DNA of 32,000 bases from Synechococcus sp. A15-28 (GTDB lineage Bacteria; Cyanobacteriota; Cyanobacteriia; PCC-6307; Cyanobiaceae): positions 2,190,001 through 2,222,000 of the forward strand of contig NZ_CP047931.1 in assembly GCF_014280175.1 (NCBI RefSeq), read 5' to 3'. The notes under the pieces were generated by a model. That model was not told the DNA's origin and did not search any database. It worked only from the letters and a program-made list of their open reading frames with translations. Positions within the stretch are counted from its first letter, which is position 1. Each line of letters begins with the position of its first letter. Position numbers and translations under genes: made by a program. Below, in pieces: positions 27,903-32,000 of this stretch.

Positions 27903-28190
27903 TCAGAACCATTCCCGGGCCATGGCCAGGCGCTGCTGCAGCTCCTGATCAGAGGCCCGGGACAACACTGAGACCTCAATCTGCAGCAGGGTCTGCACCA
28001 GGTTTCCGCCATACTTCTCCTGGGCACGGAAGCGCCGGTAGGCATCCATCAAAAGAACGCGGGCATCGTCGAAAGACAAGGAAGCATGAACCTGGGCAAG
28101 CTTCCTGCCGCAATCTTCCAGACTTAATCTCATCTTAAGAATGTACGCCCGGGCTGACCGTACCGACCCCTGAATTCGACGATTGGTCAC
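27903..28190 (-). CDS. Hypothetical protein
   Basis: 95 aa from the GTG at 28190, or 76 aa from the ATG at 28133 (MRLSLEDCGRKLAQVHASLSFDDARVLLMDAYRRFRAQEKYGG...). Predicted helical, in lower-GC sequence, and convergent with hli. Confidence 0.45.
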   Translation of the reverse strand: MTNRRIQGSVRSARAYILKMRLSLEDCGRKLAQVHASLSFDDARVLLMDAYRRFRAQEKYGGNLVQTLLQIEVSVLSRASDQELQQRLAMAREWF

Positions 28191-28295
28191 AACCGCGACA
28201 GAAATGGGCTAACTTCTTTACACGTTGGTCCGGAGCAACCGGATGCAGTTCGTTCCAGGCCATGCAACGGGGGCCAGGACGCTGTGGAGACCCCA

Positions 28296-28472
28296 ATGTC
28301 CCCCCTCTCTCTGATTCAGAAACGCACCCAGCGCCAGCAGCGACTTGAAGCTGCTCGCCGCCAGATGGCCAAGGCAGAAGGTTGTTTCGACCTTAAGGTC
28401 AACAGCTCCCGCATCGCAGCGGCCCCGCTGTATGACCTTTCGTACCGAGCCATCAGCGCCAACTGGCTTTGA
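28296..28472 (+). CDS. Candidate small hypothetical protein (58 aa)
   Basis: The ATG at 28296 within track ORF 28284..28472 gives MSPLSLIQKRTQRQQRLEAARRQMAKAEG.... It competes with the antisense ORF 28218..28643, which looks like a non-coding translation. Confidence 0.3.
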   Translation: MSPLSLIQKRTQRQQRLEAARRQMAKAEGCFDLKVNSSRIAAAPLYDLSYRAISANWL

Positions 28473-28575
28473 CTCTCGTGGTGGGCTCCTTCGTGGGGTC
28501 CACCGTTCATAACAAGCAAGATCAAGTTCAATCAGGCCATACCTTCGCTTTGATGGGTTCATTCGATCTGTTCTG

Positions 28576-28707
28576 ATGACCCTCGGTCGATTCCTGATTC
28601 TGTTTGCCATCGGGATTGGCGCTGGACTTGTGCTGAAGCTCACCTGGCTCTATTGGTTGCTCGGGCTGTCAGCGGGATGGGTGCTGTTCAAACTTATCAA
28701 GGGTTGA
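28576..28707 (+). CDS. Candidate 43-aa two-TM micro-protein (MTLGRFLILFAIGIGAGLVLKLTWLYWLLGLSAGWVLFKLIKG)
   Basis: Found by hand; it is shorter than any ORF in the track. ATG at 28576, TGA at 28705-28707. Strongly hydrophobic with two helix-length segments. Confidence 0.35.
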   Translation: MTLGRFLILFAIGIGAGLVLKLTWLYWLLGLSAGWVLFKLIKG

Positions 28708-28812
28708 TATCAAGTTCAAAGGCGTTGACCTCCTGACATCGACCGGTCTCGTGTGAACGGTTACTGACGACCGTGTTCGCAGCTCCTATCAACGGCGAAA
28801 ATCCGCCGAGTG

Positions 28813-29109
28813 ATGATCACAACCGCAACCCGTCTGCGACTCCAGGACATCTGCCAGCGCATTGCCCTGGGGGAACCGGTGACCCTTTCAGAGCGCATCG
28901 AACTTCAGAAATTCGCTGATCGAGATCGCAGCGTCCTCTCCTGGATGAATCGTGCTCAGCGCACACAAGGGCAGGGTGCCGTGACGGGACTCAACCAACT
29001 GCTCATGGACATGGATCTCGGAAGCAGAGACCCCGCTGATCAGCATCGTCCTGAGGACGACCTCGGCGGTTGGTTCGGCAATGCTGATCCCTGGCTCCGC
29101 CGAGACTGA
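28813..29109 (+). CDS. Hypothetical protein
   Basis: 98 aa from the ATG at 28813 (the track uses the GTG at 28810). MITTATRLRLQDICQRIALGEPVTLSERIELQKFADRDRSVLSWMNRAQR.... Coding-like and resembles picocyanobacterial hypotheticals from memory. Confidence 0.5.
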   Translation: MITTATRLRLQDICQRIALGEPVTLSERIELQKFADRDRSVLSWMNRAQRTQGQGAVTGLNQLLMDMDLGSRDPADQHRPEDDLGGWFGNADPWLRRD

Positions 29110-29133
29110 GTCTGGTGGTACAACCATCAGTCA
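29104..29133. terminator. Imperfect hairpin between convergent genes (possible bidirectional terminator)
   Basis: CTGGTGGT (29112-29119) / ACCATCAG (29123-29130) pairs at 7 of 8 positions around a 3-nt loop. The outer pair is GACTGA (29104-29109) / TCAGTC (29128-29133). No clear U-tract. It overlaps both stop codons. Confidence 0.25.
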
Positions 29134-29507
29134 GGGGAGTTGATGCGCTGATCATGCCGAGGCATGGCCCACCGGATAAAGGCCTCTTTGTTGTGGCGTG
29201 ATCCCCGACGCGCGCAATGCTCTGATGCTTTCTGCTTTGCTGCATCAGTGAAAACACCGGATTGTTCAATCTGTGTGAACTCGCAATGGCATTGGGCCGT
29301 CGCAAGATCATTCATCAACTCCGCAACTTCACCCCACATGCGCATCTCTCGTTCCATGCATAACGCGTGATAGCTCACGTAATCAGGCTCCATTGGATCC
29401 GGATCCACCGGCTCAGACCCGCCTCCATCAAAGGCAAACCCCGACGCACATAACCCCAGCGCAGCAAAACCAACCAGTAAAGAATTAAGCCATTTACGTT
29501 TCATCAT
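29127..29507 (-). CDS. Hypothetical secreted protein (N-terminal signal peptide, Cys-containing)
   Basis: 126 aa. MMKRKWLNSLLVGFAALGLCASGFAF has a basic n-region and a hydrophobic h-region. Lower-GC sequence. Confidence 0.5.
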   Translation of the reverse strand: MMKRKWLNSLLVGFAALGLCASGFAFDGGGSEPVDPDPMEPDYVSYHALCMEREMRMWGEVAELMNDLATAQCHCEFTQIEQSGVFTDAAKQKASEHCARRGSRHNKEAFIRWAMPRHDQRINSPD

Positions 29508-29655
29508 TAATCAAACGAAGAGCAGCGTTCAGAACGGCTCGCTTCGCATCCTTCCGCTGCATGCCTTCACGTTCAAAATGGCGAACAATGCGGGACAGGT
29601 CCCACCAGACAGCCGCCTCCACTTCATCCATTTTATTCGCGACATGAAGTGGCAT
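29494..29655 (-). CDS. Candidate 53-aa helical micro-protein (MPLHVANKMDEVEAAVWWDLSRIVRHFEREGMQRKDAKRAVLNAALRLINDET)
   Basis: Found by hand; it is shorter than any ORF in the track. ATG at 29653-29655, TAA at 29494-29496. Its last 14 nt overlap the start of the 126-aa secreted protein gene. It begins 47 nt downstream of tRNA-Val. Confidence 0.35.
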   Translation of the reverse strand: MPLHVANKMDEVEAAVWWDLSRIVRHFEREGMQRKDAKRAVLNAALRLINDET

Positions 29656-29702
29656 GGCCGTCAGGCGACTACTCCACCTCTAGCCAATGACCGCAAATCG
29701 AA

Positions 29703-29774
29703 TGGGCGATACTGGGATCGAACCAGTGACAATCTCCTTGTAAGGGAGGTGCTCTACCGCTGAGCTAATCGCCC
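29703..29774 (-). tRNA. tRNA-Val (anticodon UAC)
   Basis: Minus strand: GGGCGAT TA GCTC AGCGGTA GAGC A CCTCC CTTACAA GGAGA TTGTC ACTGG TTCGATC CCAGT ATCGCCC A. The 7-bp acceptor stem, D-arm, GGTTCGATCC T-arm and anticodon loop CT-TAC-AA are all present. It is near-identical in layout to E. coli tRNA-Val(UAC), with one C-A mismatch at 27:43. CCA is not encoded. Confidence 0.9.
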
Positions 29775-29833
29775 GTTGCAGCGGATTCTGCCTCAGCGCG
29801 GCAGTCTGTCCAAAGACGTCACGTTCAGTCTCG

Positions 29834-30313
29834 ATGGCCTCCGGCCGAGCCCATGACCGCGCCACGCTGCTCTTTAGTGCTCTCCTTGGAGTGAGTGCCG
29901 CCGTCATATGGGGCCTCGACAGCGGTCTTGTTGCCGCCGCGGCATGCGTGATCGGCGGACTCTGGCTGTCTCCGGATCTGGACACGCACTCCAATGCCCT
30001 GCGGCGCTGGGGACCGCTCCGAGGTTTGTGGTGGCCCTACCGACGCCTGATTCCCCACCGATCGGTCTGGTCCCACGGGCCCCTGATCGGCACGGGCTTG
30101 CGATTGCTGCTGCTGCTGGGGTGGTGGAGTCTGCTGTCAGCCCTCACAGGCTGGCCCACGAACGCAGGATTGCCCCAAATGATCCTTTGGCTCGAGCAAC
30201 AGCCCCAGCAAGCGATCGCCCTCGTGATCGGCCTTGAGGCCAGCGCCTGGCTGCATCTGGTCCTGGATGGGGATCCCTGGCCTGTGGAGTGGGCCCAGCG
30301 GCGCCGGCGATGA
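29834..30313 (+). CDS. DUF2227-like putative metal-binding membrane protein
   Basis: 159 aa. SGRAHDRATLL...GGLWLSPDLDTHSNALRRWGPLRGLWWPYRRLIPHRSVWSHGPLIGT matches my memory of the DUF2227 signature (LSPDLD...RWG...W.PY...HRS..SH.P..GT). Confidence 0.6.
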   Translation: MASGRAHDRATLLFSALLGVSAAVIWGLDSGLVAAAACVIGGLWLSPDLDTHSNALRRWGPLRGLWWPYRRLIPHRSVWSHGPLIGTGLRLLLLLGWWSLLSALTGWPTNAGLPQMILWLEQQPQQAIALVIGLEASAWLHLVLDGDPWPVEWAQRRRR

Positions 30314-30343
30314 CAAGGTGGGCGCGCATCGATTGCCCCCTCC

Positions 30344-31156
30344 ATGGCTTCAGACCGACCTGATGCGCTGCAGCAACTGATCGATGTGGTGGCCCGTCTG
30401 CGGGATCCCGATCAGGGCTGCCCCTGGGATCTGCAGCAAACCCACGCCACGTTGGTGCCTTACGTGCTGGAGGAGGCCCATGAAGTGGCCGATGCCATTC
30501 GCCATGGCGACGACGCCCACCTCAAGGAGGAATTGGGCGATCTGCTGTTGCAGGTGATCCTCCATGCCCAGATCAGCCGCGAGCGGGGGAGCTTTGATGT
30601 TGATGCCATCGCGAGCGCCATCAGCGACAAACTGATCCGCCGCCATCCCCATGTGTTCGGCGGAGAGCCACGCAGCTGGGATGAGATCAAAGCCGAAGAA
30701 CAGGCCGAATCCCTGGCCCGGTCCACCAGTCCCCTCAGCGATCGGCTGACCAGCAAGGTGCGGGGCATGCCCGCTCTGGCCGGCGCCATGGTCATCTCCA
30801 AGCAAGCGGCCAAGGCCGGCTTCGAGTGGGATGACATGGCCGGCGTCTGGGAGAAGGTCCACGAGGAGCTGGACGAACTCAAGGAGGCGGTGGCCAGCGG
30901 CGACCAGGGCCATGCCCAGGAGGAGCTGGGGGATCTGCTGTTCACCCTGGTGAACGTGGCGCGTTGGTGCAGCCTCGATCCCGAGGAGGGGCTGGCGGGA
31001 ACCAACCACCGCTTCCTCGACCGCTTCTCCCGGGTGGAATCCGCCCTGGGCGGCGATCTTCAAGGTCGCAGCATCCAGGAACTGGACACCCTCTGGCAGG
31101 CGGCCAAGGCTCAGATCAGGGCTGAACAGGCGCAAGCTCACGCCTCAGGAACTTGA
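30344..31156 (+). CDS. mazG: Nucleoside triphosphate pyrophosphohydrolase MazG
   Basis: 270 aa with two MazG repeats. The first has CPWDLQQTHATLVPYVLEEAHEVADAI...EELGDLLLQV. The second has FEWDDMAGVWEKVHEELDELKEA...EELGDLLFTLVNVARW. Confidence 0.9.
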   Translation: MASDRPDALQQLIDVVARLRDPDQGCPWDLQQTHATLVPYVLEEAHEVADAIRHGDDAHLKEELGDLLLQVILHAQISRERGSFDVDAIASAISDKLIRRHPHVFGGEPRSWDEIKAEEQAESLARSTSPLSDRLTSKVRGMPALAGAMVISKQAAKAGFEWDDMAGVWEKVHEELDELKEAVASGDQGHAQEELGDLLFTLVNVARWCSLDPEEGLAGTNHRFLDRFSRVESALGGDLQGRSIQELDTLWQAAKAQIRAEQAQAHASGT

Positions 31157-31859
31157 TCACGGCAGCCCAGGCCTGATCGGCAAGATCCGGATCCCAGCGC
31201 CAGCCGTCATCACGCATGAAGGTGTGATTGGCCTCAAACAACAGGGTCTCGTGCTTCAGCCCACGCAGGGCCTCGAGAACCCCCTCGCGATCGTCAGCCG
31301 GTACGTGAGGATCGTCCGAGCCGAACAGCGTGAACAAGGCCCCCTGGATCTCGCCGGCCCGCTGCAGAGAATCAGCGACGCCTCGGCCCAGTTTTCCGTT
31401 CTGCAACCCGGTTGGGTAGAGGCAAGCCGTTGCACGCACCTCGGGTCGCAGAGCAGCACGGAAGGCGAGATGGCCACCGATGCAGAAACCGATGGCACCA
31501 AGGCGCTGCTCATCCACCTCGGCCTGGTCCCTCAGCCAGCTCAGCAACGCCTGGGCATCCGCGTCGTAGGCGGCGATCTCCGTGCGACGGGCGGCGTCGT
31601 TGCCCCGCAGTCGACCGATCGCGTCGGGCTCGATCACCGTCCCCACCGGCTCCAGGCGATGGAAGATCTCCGGCGCCGCCACCACAAATCCATAGCCGGC
31701 CAGGCGATTCGCCAACCGCAGGATCGGATCGCCGAGTTGGTAGATGTCCGAATAAAACATCAGCCCGGGCCAGGGGCCCTGCTCGACGGGCCGAGCCAGA
31801 TGAACCCGCATCAGGCTGTCGTCCACGGTCAGACCGATGGTCTGTTGCTCGATCCGCAT
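31116..31859 (-). CDS. Dienelactone hydrolase family protein
   Basis: Nucleophile motif GAIGFCIGGHLAF (GxCxGG) and an alpha/beta-hydrolase layout. The ATG at 31859 (MRIEQQTIGL...) is preferred over the track GTG at 31919 because GAGGAG lies upstream of it. The 3' end overlaps mazG by 41 nt (convergent). Confidence 0.75.
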   Translation of the reverse strand: MRIEQQTIGLTVDDSLMRVHLARPVEQGPWPGLMFYSDIYQLGDPILRLANRLAGYGFVVAAPEIFHRLEPVGTVIEPDAIGRLRGNDAARRTEIAAYDADAQALLSWLRDQAEVDEQRLGAIGFCIGGHLAFRAALRPEVRATACLYPTGLQNGKLGRGVADSLQRAGEIQGALFTLFGSDDPHVPADDREGVLEALRGLKHETLLFEANHTFMRDDGWRWDPDLADQAWAAVIKFLRRELAPVQP

Positions 31860-31872
31860 GGCAAGCGGTGCG

Positions 31873-32000
31873 TCACTCCTCAAGTGTTGGCCGATTGCCG
31901 CGCTGACGCTTGAGATCACCGCGCTTTTTCTTGGCCTGCAGACGACGCTTCACCGCACCGCGTCCTGGACGGGCGGACTTCCGCGATGGTGGCGGAGGCT
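31873..32000 (-). CDS. C-terminal end of an unidentified protein with a highly basic tail; the 5' end lies beyond the window
   Basis: My minus-strand translation reads ...PPPSRKSARPGRGAVKRRLQAKKKRGDLKRQRGNRPTLEE* with TGA at 31873-31875. The frame is open to the window edge. Too little sequence to name a family. Confidence 0.35.
   Translation of the reverse strand, partial: PPPPSRKSARPGRGAVKRRLQAKKKRGDLKRQRGNRPTLEE

Noticed and set aside
29578-29994. ORFs 29578..29763 (+) and 29680..29994 (-)
   Set aside because: Both run through the tRNA-Val gene (29703-29774). The tRNA cloverleaf is unambiguous, so these are spurious.
31872-31884. CACTCCTCAAG, resembling the Yfr1 sRNA core ACUCCUCACAC
   Set aside because: It is the complement of the GAGGAG ribosome-binding region and stop codon between two minus-strand genes. 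The match is incomplete and there are no flanking Yfr1-type stem-loops.

Overview
This 32-kb window looks like a high-GC picocyanobacterial chromosome segment, most consistent with a marine Synechococcus. That assignment is an inference from gene content: rplI-dnaB-mnmG, a delta-9 desaturase, a chorismate-lyase-like gene, an HLIP gene preceded by an HLR1-type repeat, a Fur/Zur-family gene and mazG. My spot GC counts on single 60-nt lines are 73% at 19021-19080 and 62% at 10921-10980. Most of the window is tightly packed housekeeping or core genes, and many neighbours have overlapping stop and start codons. Four things stand out. (1) A low-GC island of about 4.3 kb (about 11030-15350; 45% GC at 14701-14760, 30% at 13321-13380) lies between ligA and a valS/ABC-2/TVP38 operon. 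It carries two phosphatase-type exoenzyme genes, each with its own intrinsic terminator. One of them, a 5'-nucleotidase with a C-terminal RTX/T1SS-type tail, is interrupted by a single in-frame TAA. (2) A lipoprotein-type solute-binding protein gene upstream of an MscS-like channel gene is broken by two 1-nt homopolymer frameshifts. (3) An HLR1-type (RpaB-type) direct repeat sits directly upstream of the HLIP gene. (4) A lower-GC stretch of small hypothetical ORFs lies between the HLIP gene and tRNA-Val(UAC). It includes ORFs shorter than any in the supplied ORF track. I found no CRISPR array, rRNA, transposase, integrase or recognisable defence or toxin-antitoxin module, and I cannot support a claim of a clear novel multi-gene system. 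The most unusual candidates are listed as findings with explicit tests. All family assignments come from reading the translations against remembered motifs. No database search was run.
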